A DNA stretch of 64,000 nucleotides from Negaprion brevirostris (lineage: Eukaryota). How positions within the stretch are numbered: the first letter of the stretch is position 1; each line of letters starts with the position of its first letter. Shown piece after piece: positions 35,633-49,958 of this stretch. The stretch lies in NCBI GenBank assembly GCA_030324005.1, contig JARDVH010000143.1, positions 4,429,925 through 4,493,924 on the forward strand, in the 5' to 3' direction. Made by a program: the position numbers and the translations under genes. A model generated the notes under the pieces. That model did not search any database and was not told the origin of the DNA. It saw nothing but the letters and a program-made list of their open reading frames with translations.

Positions 35633-36729
35633 ATGACAGTGGGTGAGGAATTATTTCTATTGTAATATTTATCGATTTGAATCGTATAACTAGGACTGTA
35701 GATAGGGCTTTAAACTAATTGGAGGGGGAGGGTGCAAGGGTAGGGGAAATTACAATGTCTAAAGTAAAAGAGAGGGTACAGGTACGGGAAAAGGTCAAGG
35801 ATGTCCTGACAATAAAGGAGTAGGGGGCATGAGAAAGGTTGGTAGCGTTCCTTCAAATAGGGTCCAGATAAAGGCTGAGATAAAGACACTTTATCTGAAT
35901 NNNNNNNNNNNNNNNNNNNNNNNNNNNNNNNNNNNNNNNNNNNNNNNNNNNNNNNNNNNNNNNNNNNNNNNNNNNNNNNNNNNNNNNNNNNNNNNNNNNN
36001 CGTCTTTTGAATCAAATGATTTGTGCACATTTACCTCTAGGTCTCTGTTCCTGTGCCCCTTAAGAATTAAGCCCTTGTTTTGATAGCTTCTCATCCTATC
36101 AACATAAATTTCACCAGTTGCATGTCTACTGATTTCCTCCAGACTGTGTCCATGTCATCTTGAAATCTAGAACTATCCTCCTAGCAGTTCACAATACTTA
36201 CAAGTTTTGCACCCTGAAAATTATGCCCTGTACACCCAAGTTTAGGACATTAACATAGGTCAGTAAATGCAGTGGTCCTAGTGCTGACCCCTGAGAACCA
36301 GTTCAGAAAGGAAACGTTCAACTCTGCTTTTTCCTGCTACTTGCTGCCACTTTCCTTTTTGTATCATGTGCTTCAACTTTGGACATACAACAATACAGAT
36401 CCCGAATAGCCTGCCACTTAACCACCAAGATTAAATTGATTTAGTATCTATCATGCTGTCTGAAACACACAACTCATATTGAAGAATTAATTTGTATTGA
36501 ATTGTTAATCAATTCGAACTTTATATAAAACATAAAGCAGATGCTCCAGTTCTCAGATTCAAATCAATCTCCGTATCATTTAACCTGCAAAGGTTAACTA
36601 CTTGTCTCTCTCCACAGATGCTAACCTTTCTTAATTTTAAACTTTTACATAGTTGAGGATCATCCATTTTAGCTGCCCTTGCTGAGAATTTTGTCTAGTT
36701 GCAACCCATCTTCATTTTGATTTATTGAT

Positions 36730-37056
36730 GGAGGTTGGTGACACTAGTTGGGCCAGCATTCATTGCCCATCCCAAATGAACTGCGTGGCTTGATAGACCA
36801 TTTCAATCTCCACCATATTGCTGTGGATCTGGAGTCGTGTAGGCCAGACCAAGAGAATGGCATTAGTGAACCAGATGGGGTTTTGGTTTTACAGCAATCA
36901 ACAATGGTTTCATGGTGGTCATTAGACCTTTAATTTTTTTAGATTTTTAAAATTTTCACCATCAGCCATGGTGGGATTCAAACCTGGGTCCCCAGGACAT
37001 TGTCCTGGGTCTCTGGATTGCCAGTCCAGTGACAGTACCACTATGCTGCCACCACC
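36730..37056 (-). mobile_element. tRNA-headed SINE (same family as 17651-17960)
   Basis: CATTAGTGAACCAGATGGG, ACAATGGTTTCATGG and CCATGGTGGGATTCAAACC are reverse complements of the 17651 element. Confidence 0.8.
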
Positions 37057-38148
37057 TTGCGTTGTAATTCATGGTTTAGATTTCCTGACACCTAACCCAT
37101 CAGCATTATAGTTTGGAAACCCAGGCCAATGTGTTTTAATCTGTCAGATTATCCTTTTCAGCCTGTTGAGACTTCCCTACAGCCATTATTCATTTTAAGG
37201 ATTTCAACCAATACCTGGCAAATGTCGTCATCTTTTGAGCAAAATTGATATTCAGATATTGGTGATGTTCATTAATCAGGTACTTGATACTGAACCAGTG
37301 CTCTTTTGTATAACACAATGTATAAATAAACCTTGGTTGAAATTTATAGACCTCTAATGAGCATCCACACAAGTGACTGCAAACTTCATAAAGTTTTTTT
37401 TAATCTTGTTCTTGGAGCTATTTCTATGACTTAATTTTTAGAACTATGTGGCACTCATTATGTCCTGTTTTTCATCTGTGGTCCTCAATAAGCAAGATGC
37501 CTCATTTTGCCTTTTGAAGCAGAATGTGTGCAAGTGCATGTTACCTTGTACTCTGAGCCTGGCAGTTTAAACATTCTCAGTCTTGTACGTTTTCTTCCCA
37601 TTTTTGACATCTTTTAGAGGATGCTGCGGTTGGATCATAGAATAGTGCAGAAGGAAGCTATTCAACACATTGTGCCTGCCCTTTGAAGAACAATCCAATT
37701 AGTTCCCCCTCCTGTCCCCACCCCCCCTGCCCCGTATCCATCTAGTCTTTTTTTCCTTAGCATTCATTCCAAATCCCTTTTGAAGGTTATTATTGAATTT
37801 ATTTCCACCACCTTATTAAGCAGAGTATTCCAAATCCCAAAGACTCAATGTCAATCGTAACCAAAGGGGCACTGATTTATCAACTCTCCAACAATTGAAA
37901 ACAATTTATCTTAATTTACTGTATCTAAAGCCTTCATCATTTTAAACATCTGTATCAAATCTCTAAGTAGAACAATTCCAACTTTTGTACCCTACCCACA
38001 TAATTGTAATCCTTTGTCCATGGAATCTCTCTCGAATCTCTTCCATACCGTTTCCAAAGTCGTTTTGCCCTCACTAAATAGTCTCCACGACACAAGGTAT
38101 GAACAAAATAGAGTTGTACAGTTTTTAAGTGCTCACTTACTGATTTGA

Positions 38149-38307
<159 letters not shown>

Positions 38308-40077
38308 TAGACAAACTCATTGTGCCACCTCAGGTAGCTACAGCTCCACTTTAATGTGATCAAAGCATAAAGATGCAGGCTATTGGACCTCTTGCGTTCC
38401 CCCCATTCAATCAGGTATGGCTCATCTTCTAACCTTGACTTTGTTTTACTGCCCTGCCTCTTGATTCCCTGTGGAATCCAAAAGCCTATTAACCACAGCT
38501 TTTACAATACACAATGGCTGATCCAAAGGGTTCTGGAATGGAGAATTCTCAAGGTTTGCAACTCTGAATGGAAAGGTTTCTCATCTTGAGGTTATTCACT
38601 TTGTGAAGCATATGAAAAGAGAAACTGTAAGCTTCTGTGAGCATTATGATTGGGAGGGCTGCCTTTTATATCTTGTAGCATTACAACTGGTACATTATGC
38701 AAACATGAGTATTGAGATCACCTCCCAATGACTTGTGTATCAAACACTTTTTTTATTGCCTATACCTGAATTTCTAATTGGCCACACGAATAACATATTG
38801 GACAACCCTGGTCTAAGCCACCGAACATGTGGAAAGTGAAGCTTTTGAACTTGTGGATAGTGCTAATCTTTATGCTTTTTTTTTTTAAGGAGCTAACTGC
38901 AGTTTTATGTAAATGTTTTGCAGATTGGGATTGAGGCAAAGTGGTATGAATCATAACTTGGAACATTCTAACAGAATTGCGGATGAATGCACTTGATATT
39001 TACCTNNNNNNNNNNNNNNNNNNNNNNNNNNNNNNNNNNNNNNNNNNNNNNNNNNNNNNNNNNNNNNNNNNNNNNNNNNNNNNNNNNNNNNNNNNNNNNN
39101 NNNNNNNNNNNNNNNNNNNNNNNNNNNNNNNNNNNNNNNNNNNNNNNNNNNNNNNNNNNNNNNNNNNNNNNNNNNNNNNNNNNNNNNNNNNNNNNNNNNN
39201 NNNNNNNNNNNNNNNNNNNNNNNNNNNNNNNNNNNNNNNNNNNNNNNNNNNNNNNNNNNNNNNNNNNNNNNNNNNNNNNNNNNNNNNNNNNNNNNNNNNN
39301 NNNNNNNNNNNNNNNNNNNNNNNNNNNNNNNNNNNNNNNNNNNNNNCAAGGATCAATTAAGGCAAATAACATAAATTCAAAGGAAGCTGGTTAAGCACAT
39401 GAGGCAGAAAGAAATAGAAGAAATTTCTACATTGATCAGACTGGATAAAGAGGGTGTGGAAACACTTGTGAAATAAACATGTAGGTTGGACCCATTAGGT
39501 TCAATGGTTATTTTTGTGCTGTAGACTCTGCAACCCAAGCCAGGCAGGGCTACATGATTGTGTTAGCTCTCTAACATAACACCATCGTCAATGAACCATT
39601 GCCACAAGATCTGTAGTCGTCCAAGCGGAAGGCATTCACCGTGACCACCTTGAAGCAAGCAACAATGTGCAGTAGGTGTGACATTGGGAGTTGCCCAAAA
39701 GCTGACCGTGTATTTCATATACTCCTGTGTTCCAATAGAATTCTTAACTCAGTGCCACTTCAAAAGAAAAACCTGTCATTGGGGCTGGGATTCTGTGCAC
39801 CTGGCTTCAGATAACCCAACAAGCTAATGTGAAGTCAGCTACTGTTTATGCTGGTAAGCTATCTGGATTCTGCACAGAACAGCAATGTCCATATGAGCAT
39901 TGTATGATGGAGTGTGGGTACTCAAAGCTTAGGGATAAAATCTTTTTTAAATTTGTGTTGAACTTCTCTGGGCCTAGGTTGTTAATAATGTTAGTGTGTT
40001 TGAACTCCTTTTATTGGGCCAATGGGAGCACTGGAATTGTTAAATCCCAAGTGTTGGACATGGTTTCTGGACGTTTG

Positions 40078-40357
40078 ATGGCAGTGGTTAGCACTGCTGC
40101 TTCACAGCGCCAGGGGCTTGTGTCCGATTCCTGGCTTGGATCACTGTCTGTGTGGAGTTTGCACATTCTGTCAGCATGGGTTTCTTCCCACAGTCCAAAG
40201 ATATGTTGGTTAGGTGGATTGGTCGTGCTGAATTGTCCCTTTATCAGGGGGATTAATTAGGGTAAATCCATGGAGTTATGGGGATAAGGCCTGGGTAGGA
40301 TTGTGGTTGGTGCAAACTCAATGGGCTGAATGGCCTCCTCCTGCACTATCGAATTTT
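40078..40357 (+). mobile_element. HE1/V-SINE-type SINE, tail A
   Basis: GCAGTGGTTAGCACTGCTGCTTCACAGCGCCAGGGG head and ATGGGCTGAATGGCCTCCTCCTGCAC tail. Confidence 0.85.
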
Positions 40358-43294
40358 ATTTGACAGCCAACTAAGCAATGCAAAAACACATCTGTTGAGA
40401 AATTAAAAATTTGCTTTCCTAAATCATGAATAGATTAAATCCTAGAAGATCAGCAAAACTCTTAACATTGAATCTTGATTTTTTTTTTTGTTCCCTTCAT
40501 GCTCCTTGACTCCATTTCTCCATTACTATCCATCAGCAGTAAGTGCCCATTTAAACCTACTGACTTGTGTTACTAACGGGGAACCCTGGAACTAAGCCAG
40601 GCAGTATCTGTCAAGAGGGTTAATGTTTTAGGTTGATCTTCAGAATTGGAATTGTTACAGATTTAACCAGTTTAAGAAAATGTAACATTACCCAAGTATT
40701 TCCTTGATTTTCTGTTTTTATTTCTGCATCTGCAATATTTTGCTTGTTAGACTTCCATTGTTGAGGGATCAGTTTGAATATCTCAATATTGCTCTGTGGT
40801 CCCCTGATCTCCATGCTGCAAAAATGCTAAGTCACTCAAAATTAGCTGTTTAGGTCACAATTGTTTCTAGTATCCATAGTTTATCAGCTTACCTTGAGAA
40901 AAGTGAATGTGAAAGTATGTTGCATTTGAAAAACAGTGTCCACAAATTACTTTGTATTAAATGCAGTTTCTGTTTGCAAAACAGTCTTGTGTAATCAGTT
41001 ACCATATCAAGAGTCATACAAACTCAATGTTAACTCCATTTTTCTCCTTCCGTACGTGCTGCCAGACCTGAGTTTTCCAGCATTTTGTTTTTGTACCATT
41101 GCTACATTTTTTAGAGTCTTTCCATTTTCAAAACAAAAGCTTGTGACAGAGGAGGAGTCATTTAGTCCTTCAAGCCTGCTTCTCCATTCAGGTAGACATT
41201 TCCTTTAATTTACCTGATTTTTCTGATTCTGGGCTTGGATTTAGGACATAATATTGACAAGTTTTATATAATTTGAAAACTTCATACTGTAGCTGCTACT
41301 GGTTGTTATAGACTTCAGAATAGCGAAATAGTCTGAAATGTGGCTGATGGTATTTTGATTCAGGAAAAATGTATAAATGATGAACTTTAGAAGGACAAAT
41401 GGAAAGACTTTATATGGGATGGCTTTAGATTGCAAGTGAGCTTAGTGTTCTCGTGCACACATCTTTTAAAAGTGGCACAGCAAGTTGGTAAGGTGATTTG
41501 GCAAAGAAAATAGGTATGTAACTAGAGGAATAGAATGTAAAAGCAAAGGGATCATTTAACTACTTAAATCCCTGATTAGGCCCCCAATGAATTGCTGTAG
41601 ATCATTCTGGGCAGCATACTTCATGAAATCTAAAGGTTTGGAAAAGACTAAAGGAATTTCAAAAGTTTGGGGTGACGACAACCTTCAGTCATGAAAAGGT
41701 TGATACAGTTTTGGATTGCTTTCCTTGGAACAGAGAAAATTTAAAGTGGGGGAAGAGGTTTTTTCAAAACATTTGAGGTTTTGATCTCAAACAAATAGAG
41801 GAAAATAATTTCCTCCTGGTAAGTGAGTAACTTGGACTAGGTTCAAAAGCATTGGCCAAAGATCTGGAAGGGAGATGAGGTGACATTTTATCACTCAGGA
41901 TCTGGAATGTTTTACTTGAAAAGATGGCAGAAGTTGATGCCATACATTCTAAAGGGATGTTGGCCAATTACTTGGATATGAGGAACTTGCTCACACCCTT
42001 GTTTCTTAGTCATGGCTTTCTTTAATGTGACCACTTGTTCAGTACCACAGTATGGGTGTGATGAGCAAATGGCCTTTTTTTTTCTGCTGTAGGATGTCTG
42101 AATATCTACCTATTTGCAGGTTGGAAATTTTCAGTTGACCTCCCCCCCCCNNNNNNNNNNNNNNNNNNNNNNNNNNNNNNNNNNNNNNNNNNNNNNNNNN
42201 NNNNNNNNNNNNNNNNNNNNNNNNNNNNNNNNNNNNNNNNNNNNNNNNNNGTCCCCCCCCCCCCCCCCCCCCCCCCATATCACCCTCTGTCTACCCAAGT
42301 CTGTGACTCCTCTCTGCTCCCTCTGTTCTGACCCCCTCCCCTGATTTCTAGCTTGTGACCTCCTTCCCTCTGTCCCAGCCTGTGGCTCCCCTCTCCTCCA
42401 GACCCTGCGACTCTCTTTGCTGGACTTGTTGTTCTTGCCCAATCCTCCTCCTCCTCTTACCCTTTATTGCTTTCTGCTGTGAAATAGCTCCTTTTAAGGA
42501 GCTTTCTAGTTAGGCAGGCCCATGATACCATGACTCTGACCCATAAGATCAACAGCAGCTCAGCCTGTGAGCTGGGATTGTCCCTGTTAGAGGTAAGATG
42601 ATGTAGGTTCAGGTCACAAATCACTGCAATATAGATTTGTTTGTCTAATTGAAAGGCAGTTTGATTTGAATTCAGTATAATTGATGTCATGTTGCCTTCT
42701 GCTGGATCAGTGCACAGGCAGGGGCAGCGAGGCTTGAGCGGTACAGATTTGAAAATAAATTTACTACTGACATCATAGATATATTTAGTGAACAAGTGGG
42801 AGGGCAGAAAATTGCAATCGTCAGTCTATTTGATTGAAAGACTTGATCTGCAGGTTTTCAATCTCACTTCTCACTTAATAAAATCATGTGCCATTTACAG
42901 TGCTGAAACAGGCCATTTGGTCCAGTGGGGGGCTGTGTTGTTGCTTATGCTCTGCTCAAGCTTCCTCCCACCCATCTTGCAACCCTAACAGCACTGCCTT
43001 CCAATTGTTTCCCAATCATGTACTTAACTAGCCTCTTCATAAATGCATTGCAGGATGCAATACCATACAGTCATTGGGGGTGGGGAGAATGTTACTAGGC
43101 TGTCTTGTATCATGTTTAAATGAACAAGGGAAACAATCTTCCTCAGTTGTTGGTTTTGCACTCTTGTGAACATGAGTAGGAATCCTGTGTCCACCATTTA
43201 ATTTTCTGGCTTGGTGGTGATGCCTAATAACAGGGAACCACCAATGGGAACCTTTTTTCCCCTCCTGATTGGAAAAAATCATCCAACTGTGTGG

Positions 43295-43465
43295 ACTGGC
43301 CATGCTAAGTTGCTCCATAGTCTCCAAATCTGTAGGTTAGATTAGCCATGGGAAATGTGTGGGGTTACAAGGATAGGACGGGGGCCTGGGTAAGATGCTG
43401 TCGCAGTTGGTGCAGACTTGATGGGCAGAATGGCTGTCTCTGCACAATAGGGATTATATGCTTCT
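43295..43465 (+). mobile_element. 5'-truncated HE1/V-SINE-type SINE, tail A
   Basis: TGGCCATGCTAAGTTG..GGGCCTGGGTAAGATG..GGTGCAGACTTGATGGGCAGAATGG. Confidence 0.7.
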
Positions 43466-44039
43466 GTGAACTGCCCCATTTTGCTTGATTTGACCTGATT
43501 TTAGTATCTCTTCCTCCCCACTGACCCAAGGCCCCTCAAAATCTGATGTCTGCAATAGTATGAAGTATCACGTATGCAAATGACCAGAAGGCCACCAATG
43601 CCTTTTAGTATTGTATTCCAGTTCAAGTTGGTGCTTCCTGAGTGGCATGAGCCAGCAGAATAGAAGTTGTTTTTAACCCTGCTATAGCAGGAATGGGACT
43701 TATCCTCAGGGCTACTAGCTTTGGTATACTAGATTCAGAAGTTTGCTATATAATTTTGAGAAGTTAATACCAACTTCCTTTTTTAACATGAAACTTTCAG
43801 TTGAAACTGCAGAGAAGTAAATCCAACATATTGGACCACTCAAACTTCCCATTTTGTTGTCATCTGGCAGACTTTAGGATTGGCGCATTACTTTCGTTTC
43901 TGATTTGCTATGCAGAAGTGAAAATGGTTTGCATAAATTTTGATAAAACCATTAATATAATCAGCTGACACTGAAGTAAAATGTCTTTAAGTGTGATATC
44001 TGGAAATTGTTGTAACTATGTATAAGATTTTGATGGCTA

Positions 44040-44370
44040 TAGATAGTGAATGCAAGCAAGCTTTTTCCACTGAGGCTAGAGGAGAAAAAACCAGAGGGCA
44101 TGGGTTAAGGGTGAAAGGAGGAAAGTTTTCAAAGGGATAATTAGCAGGGGGATTCTTAACGCAGAGTGGTGGGATTTTGGAATGAACTGCCGGATAAAGT
44201 GGTAAATGCGGGGTCACTTAACATTTAAGAAAAAGTTGGCTGGGCTCATGGATGAGGGATGTGGAGGGATATGGTCCAAGTGCAGGTCAGTGGGACTAGG
44301 CCAAAAATGGTTCAGCACAGACGAGGGCCAAAAGGCCTGTTTCTGAGCTGTAATTTTCTATGGTTCTATG
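44040..44370 (+). mobile_element. CR1/HER1-type LINE 3' end
   Basis: ACCAGAGGGCATGGGTTAAGGGTG (TRGHGLRV) and the AAAGGCCTGTTTCTGAGCTGTAATTTTCTATGGTTCTATG tail. Confidence 0.8.
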
Positions 44371-44499
44371 GATAATCATTCCAGTGCAATATTGTTGCTG
44401 TGTGACAACAGTATTAATAGTGTCTGAAATCCCTGTGCTATTCTAATTGAATAATATATAAAAATTTAGAGTTAATTTTGGCGCTTCTGCATAAGAACA

Positions 44500-44767
44500 G
44501 GCATTGTAGCACAATGGTTAGCACTGCTGCCTCACAGCTCTGGGAATCCGGGTTCCATTCCTCGCTTGGTTGATTGTGTGGGTTTCCTCCCACACTCCAA
44601 AGATGTGCGGGTTAGGTTGATTAGCTGTGTTAAATTGCCTGTAGTGTCCTGGGATGTGTAGGTTAGAGGGATTAGTGGGGTAAATGTGGGTTTGTGGGGA
44701 TGGGGTTCAGTTGGATTGTTGTCGGTGTAGATTTGATGGGCCGAATGGCCGCCTCCCGCTTAGAAAG
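44500..44767 (+). mobile_element. HE1/V-SINE-type SINE, tail A
   Basis: TGGTTAGCACTGCTGCCTCACAG head and GTGGGTTTCCTCCCACACTCCAAAGATGTGCGGGTTAGG core. Confidence 0.85.
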
Positions 44768-45049
44768 NNNNNNNNNNNNNNNNNNNNNNNNNNNNNNNNN
44801 NNNNNNNNNNNNNNNNNNNNNNNNNNNNNNNNNNNNNNNNNNNNNNNNNNNNNNNNNNNNNGGAGGCTACCTCGCTGAATATATTTAAGTCACGGGTAGA
44901 TAGGTTTCTGATAGACAGGGGAATTAAGGGTTATGGGGGGAAAGCGGAACTGGTCCACTTCAGGTCAGCCATGATCTTGTTGAATGGCGGGGCAGGCTCG
45001 AAGGGCTAGATGGCCTACTCCTCCTATTTCTTATGTCCTAATGACTTTC

Positions 45050-45169
45050 CCAATGAAGGAAAGGTGCTCTGAAAGCTCTCAATTTCAAACAAACGTGTTG
45101 GACTTTAACCTGGTGTAGCGAGACTTCTTATTGTTCCCATTCCAGTCTAACACTGGCATCTCCATGTCA
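45050..45169 (+). mobile_element. Penelope-like element terminus with degraded hammerhead core
   Basis: CCAATGA-AGGAAAGGTGCTCT-GAAAGCTC resembles CTGATGA..GAAA. It is followed by GTTGGACTTTAACCTGGTG..AGACTTCTTA..CCAGTCTAACACTGGCATCTCCA, related to 21333-21407 and 62386-62457. Confidence 0.6.
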
Positions 45170-46207
45170 AAACTGTGACATGACACTAATGGTACCAGAC
45201 TTGATGCCTATCCTTGTGCAAACAAGTGTAGGAATTGCTCAATGAGACAAGACCCAGATTCATCTTGATTTGTCAGTCAACTACAAAAGTGACTTATGAT
45301 GCAAGTAAGGCTACAAACATCATAAATGGCAGGATTTAGCTCTGGTTGAATATCCAAATATTTAAAAATGCCTGGAAAATGAGAATTTTAATTTATTGTG
45401 AATGAAGAATCACTAAGCATACTTCATGGCTCTCAAATCTGAGTTTGAGGCCTTGTGTGTACTGTTCACAGCTGCCCAGTTAGCATAAATCCATGGTTCG
45501 TTAACTTAGTTGAGCATTTCTACTTGCATGCAATGGCTCCATCGCAAGGCAGAGAAGTAAGTGTAGGAGGAAAGAGTAATTTTTTTCTTAAGGTGCATAA
45601 TTGAGAAAACAATCCAGCCAGCCAAGCAGAGAAAGGTATTTCCAATCCAAATAAAAATGACCTGATCAAGGACCTTAAAAGAAAGGTGTGATGGACTGAT
45701 GCAACCTATTTTGCTTTGCTCTGGTGAAGGCATCACAACGCAATTGGGACTAGCTTAGGGATTTAAAAATGGCATAGACCAGTTGGGCCAAAGGGCCTGT
45801 TTCCATGCTGTACACTTCTGACTCTACAACAAGGGGATGACATCCTCAAATTAGAGGGGCTGCTCAGATTGAAATCAGGAGGTACTTTTTCCACACAGGA
45901 TGGAGGAGATCTGGAATCCACTTTCACCAAAATAGGCTAGAATACTGCAGGTAAGTTGAAGGTTGAGATCAACAAATGTTTGGCAAGAATATTTAAGGAA
46001 TTTAAGAATCAAAGACAAGTAAATGGAGTTGAGACACTCATCAGCCACAAATTGGCATAACAGGTGCAAGAATGGTTTGTTCCTGTTTTTCTACTGTGGG
46101 TGCTAATTAGAGTCTTGTTATTAAGGATTTGGCTATGAATACATAACACTGAAGTATTTAAATGTGGGCAGTTTGGTTAAGATGTGTTCTGGTTTCTTCC
46201 TTTGCAG

Positions 46208-46264
46208 CAAGTTGAAGTAGACTGCCAACAGTGTATGCTTGAAATCCTCGACACAGCAGGAACA
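46208..46264 (+). CDS. RAP1A: RAP1A coding exon 3 (aa 43-61, [19 protein letters not shown])
   Basis: Acceptor tttcttcctttgcag|, donor GTAAGA, 57 nt. DTAGT is the G3 motif with the Rap-specific Thr61. Cys48 is the RAP1A state (RAP1B has Ala48). Confidence 0.97.
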
Positions 46265-46680
46265 GTAAGAAATACTTTATTACATAAAGAAAATGCCATT
46301 GCTTTTTTAAAGAATTGTGTAGTCTGACCAATTTACAAAAATTGTTTTCTGTGACAACCTTGGCATGACATTCTTCCACACCTCTCCCAAATCAAGCAGC
46401 TTATTAAATGACGACAGAAATGGTTATGAAGGCAAAAAATGATCTAGCCTTTTGAATGCAGAATCTCCTTCAGTTCTGAGGTCTAACTCCTGACATATCC
46501 CTACGAAACCATAATCTGTCAATATCTGGTTAATACCTTGATCAGGTAGTTGTCCCTTCAGCTGTGATTAACTTTTATTTGTAAGATGTAGGTAAAGATA
46601 AAAGTGATGACAAGCAGGAGTGGAAAAATCCTTCAGGGACCTTCATGAACCAGTTGATTTCATGAAATAATCCAGTGATT

Positions 46681-46970
46681 GGACTGCATAGTGGCACAGT
46701 GGTTAGCACTACTGCCTCACAGCACCAGGGTCCTCGGTTCGATTCCCGGCTTGAGTCACTGCTGAGTCTGCATGTTACCCCCGTGTCTACGTGGGTATCC
46801 TCCTGCTAGCTCTGGTTTCCACACACAGTTGGAAAGACGTGCTGGTTATGGCCATGCTAAATTCTCCCTCAGTATAACCAAACAGATGTGGAGTATGGCG
46901 ACAAGGGGATTTTCACAGCGACTTCATTGCAGTGTTAAAGTCTGCTTGTGACATTAAATAAATTTAAACT
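46681..46970 (+). mobile_element. HE1/V-SINE-type SINE, tail B
   Basis: GTGGCACAGTGGTTAGCACTACTGCCTCACAGC..GGTTCGATTCCC head and GGGGATTTTCACAG..ACTTCATTGCAGTGTTAA..TTGTGAC..AATAAA tail. Confidence 0.88.
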
Positions 46971-48319
46971 CAAATCAACAAAGTTATTGAATTCCATTTC
47001 ATAACTTGTTGTGGTGGCAAACTCATAACATGAGAGATTTGTTCCAAATCAAAAATGCTGTTGCATCATACCTGAGCTTTCCAATTGAAAGCATTGTTCT
47101 TGCCTGGCAAGGAGCCACTGTCTGCCTCACTGCCATCTCATACTCCTTGCTGTCAGGCTCAGTAACATAGCTAGCCATTTGGCATATTTGTACAATATGT
47201 CTGTATCATTACGCTGAGGTTGTGCGGGTCAAAATAAATCTAGGCATTTTTGCCAACTTCAGAGAGCCTGGTAGAAAGACTGGGTTTGTAAAAGGCTGAG
47301 ACCAGGTGAAGCTTTGTAGCCAGTTAGTTGAATATTGTCTGTTGGAGTCCTGCAGTGCCTGAATGCAGCTACACAAATTATTGCCTAACTTGCAAACAAT
47401 GAGAGACTGCTTCTACAGTTTTCTGGCATTTATTAATTATGTGGAATGCACCCTAATGGTTGATTTCCATGTTGTTTATAGCTGATATTCTGACATGCTG
47501 CAATTTAATGAGGAGGCCAGCAAACACCCGAGCATGCCTCCCTTATCCTGTTATTAACTTGTGATAAATCTAGTCACTTTTGCCTCTTCCTTTGTCACAA
47601 TACCTGCGTAGTGATCACTGAAACCGCCACTAAAACCCCTCACTGGAGTTCAGAATAACCTTGTACTCCCGTTCTGTAGGAATAATGCAGTCTTTACTTC
47701 TCTGAAGTACAGTTACAATTCTGAAATTTATTTTTTGGTTTAAATCCAGAATATATTATTCGATGACAGTTTTCCTAAGCCTTAGGAATTTTCTTTAATG
47801 AATTTTCTTTAAAATTCTTAACTTCTGGTGTTGAAAGTGTTCTTTGTTCCTAGAAAGGGCAGAATCACCTTTATCTACATAATGGAATGACAATGGTGGA
47901 TAATCAAGTGACGGGTGTTTGAGCTACAGCTGATTTGGATTTTGGCCTTTTGTTGACAAAATTGTTCCAGAAAATTCTGTAGTGCATTTTATATTTGGTT
48001 TTGTGTTGTTCATGTGACATTTTTTGTTTGAGACTGAAGTTGCAGTGTAGCAATTGAATGATGCCACCTGTCCCAACTTCTGATCTGGTTTATGGATGAT
48101 GCTGAACATGTTGCTCAAGTTATCAGAATGCTGCAATTTGCAGATGCTTCACAAAACATGTGCCCAACGTTGGGTGTCCAGAAGAGCTCTGGTGCTCCCT
48201 CTGGTGTTATACNNNNNNNNNNNNNATTCCAACTTGAGATTTATTTTAAACTCTTGATTTCTTCAAATTTTCTTCATTCACATTTCAAAAGTACTGATTC
48301 TTATCAAATGGTGTTCCAC

Positions 48320-48632
48320 TTAAAAGCTGCACTGCAGCAACTCACCAAGGTTTCTTCAGCACTTTCTAAACTCATGATTTCTGCCACCAAGAAGGACAAT
48401 GGCAGCGGGTGCATGGGAGCACCACCACCTGCAAGTTCCCCTCCGAGTCACACCAGCCTGATTTTACTGAAATATTGTGGTTTTTTTCACTGACTTCAGA
48501 TCCTGGCATTTCCTCCTTAACTACTCTCTAACTGCAGTTAAAAAAAGCTGGTGTGCTACTGCATTCTTGTGGAGTTTGAGGATGGGTAATAGATGCTGCC
48601 CTTGCCAGCCACACCCACAGCTGTGAACGAAT
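48320..48632 (+). mobile_element. CR1/L2-group LINE 3' end fragment
   Basis: GCACTGCAGCAACTCACCAAGG..ACCACCTGCAAGTTCCCCTCC, colinear with 13643-13930. Confidence 0.7.
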
Positions 48633-49249
48633 CCTGGTTTTACATTTTCTTGCACAATTCTCATTAAATTCACAAAACTGCCTATTAACGTGACAAAGTT
48701 AAGTTTCTCAGTGTTACAAAGAAGTTGATATAGCTTTTTGATTTGAAGCTATTAGATGTGGGTTTAATACCTGCTGCTCCAAACCTTTGTAGCCCACCCT
48801 GGCATAAACCAGCTGAGCTGTTTATGTTTGGGCAGTACTGTCACTTAACACAGACATAGATTTCCATTCAGTAAAAACATTAGTGTAAAGCTTAAAGTGC
48901 GAGTTTTTAAATAGTATTTATTTTTTTTCCTGTACCATAAATCATTCCTAGCTGAATGTGGGTAATCCTTTTACTGAGTTCCCTTAAGTGACTGAAAGGA
49001 GGGTGATGGAAGAAGTGTTGAAAAGATGAGATTGTTGGTATGGCTGAGACTTCACTGAGGAAGAACCAAGGCTGCGAACGTGTGCTGTGAGAAGTTGGAT
49101 TTACCCAGCCAGCTTGTAATTCTGGACTAAAGCAGTCATGGTTACAGCCAAGATTCCCTTCAGCATTGTGCCATCCAGAGAGTTGTTTCTCTCGAGTCAT
49201 GGAGACATCCTTTGGCTCAGTGGTAGCAATCATGACAGTGAGCAGGATC

Positions 49250-49480
49250 CCACACAGCTGGGAACACACCAACCTTGTGCCCCTCACCATCCCAAAAATA
49301 TATTGCCGTTCCTTCACTATCGCTGTCTCAAAATCCTGGAATTCCTCCTCGAACAGCATTGTGGGTGCACCTATAGCTCAGACTACAGCAGTTTAGAAGG
49401 CAGTTCACCTCCATCACCTTCTCCAAGAGTTACTGGGGGTGGGAAATAAATGCTGGTCTAGCCAGTGACACCCATAACCC
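49250..49480 (+). mobile_element. CR1/L2-group LINE 3' end fragment
   Basis: CTCACCATCC..TATATTGCCGTTCCTTCACT..AAAATCCTGGAATTCC..AATAAATGCTGG. Confidence 0.7.
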
Positions 49481-49739
49481 ATAATTTTTAAGTAATGGCA
49501 AGTTCAGTGGGATATTCTCATCTTCCCTCACTTTGGTTTGTGGAAACCCATGAACTGTGCTCACTATAAAACCAAAACTCTTATAAAAATGGTTGCAGCC
49601 AGTGTGAACACAGCAGCAACAGCTGAAACCACAGGGACGACAAATTACACTGCAAATGTTCATCCAAGTGTTCAGCATCCTTTTGAATCCTTCATGGATG
49701 GTGCTGTGTTCTCTATAAATAAATGTGGATTAAAATTGA

Positions 49740-49958
<219 letters not shown>

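Noticed and set aside
38951-39394. Long ORFs made of X residues (also 26203-26494 and 54465-54939)
   Set aside because: Artifacts of N gaps.
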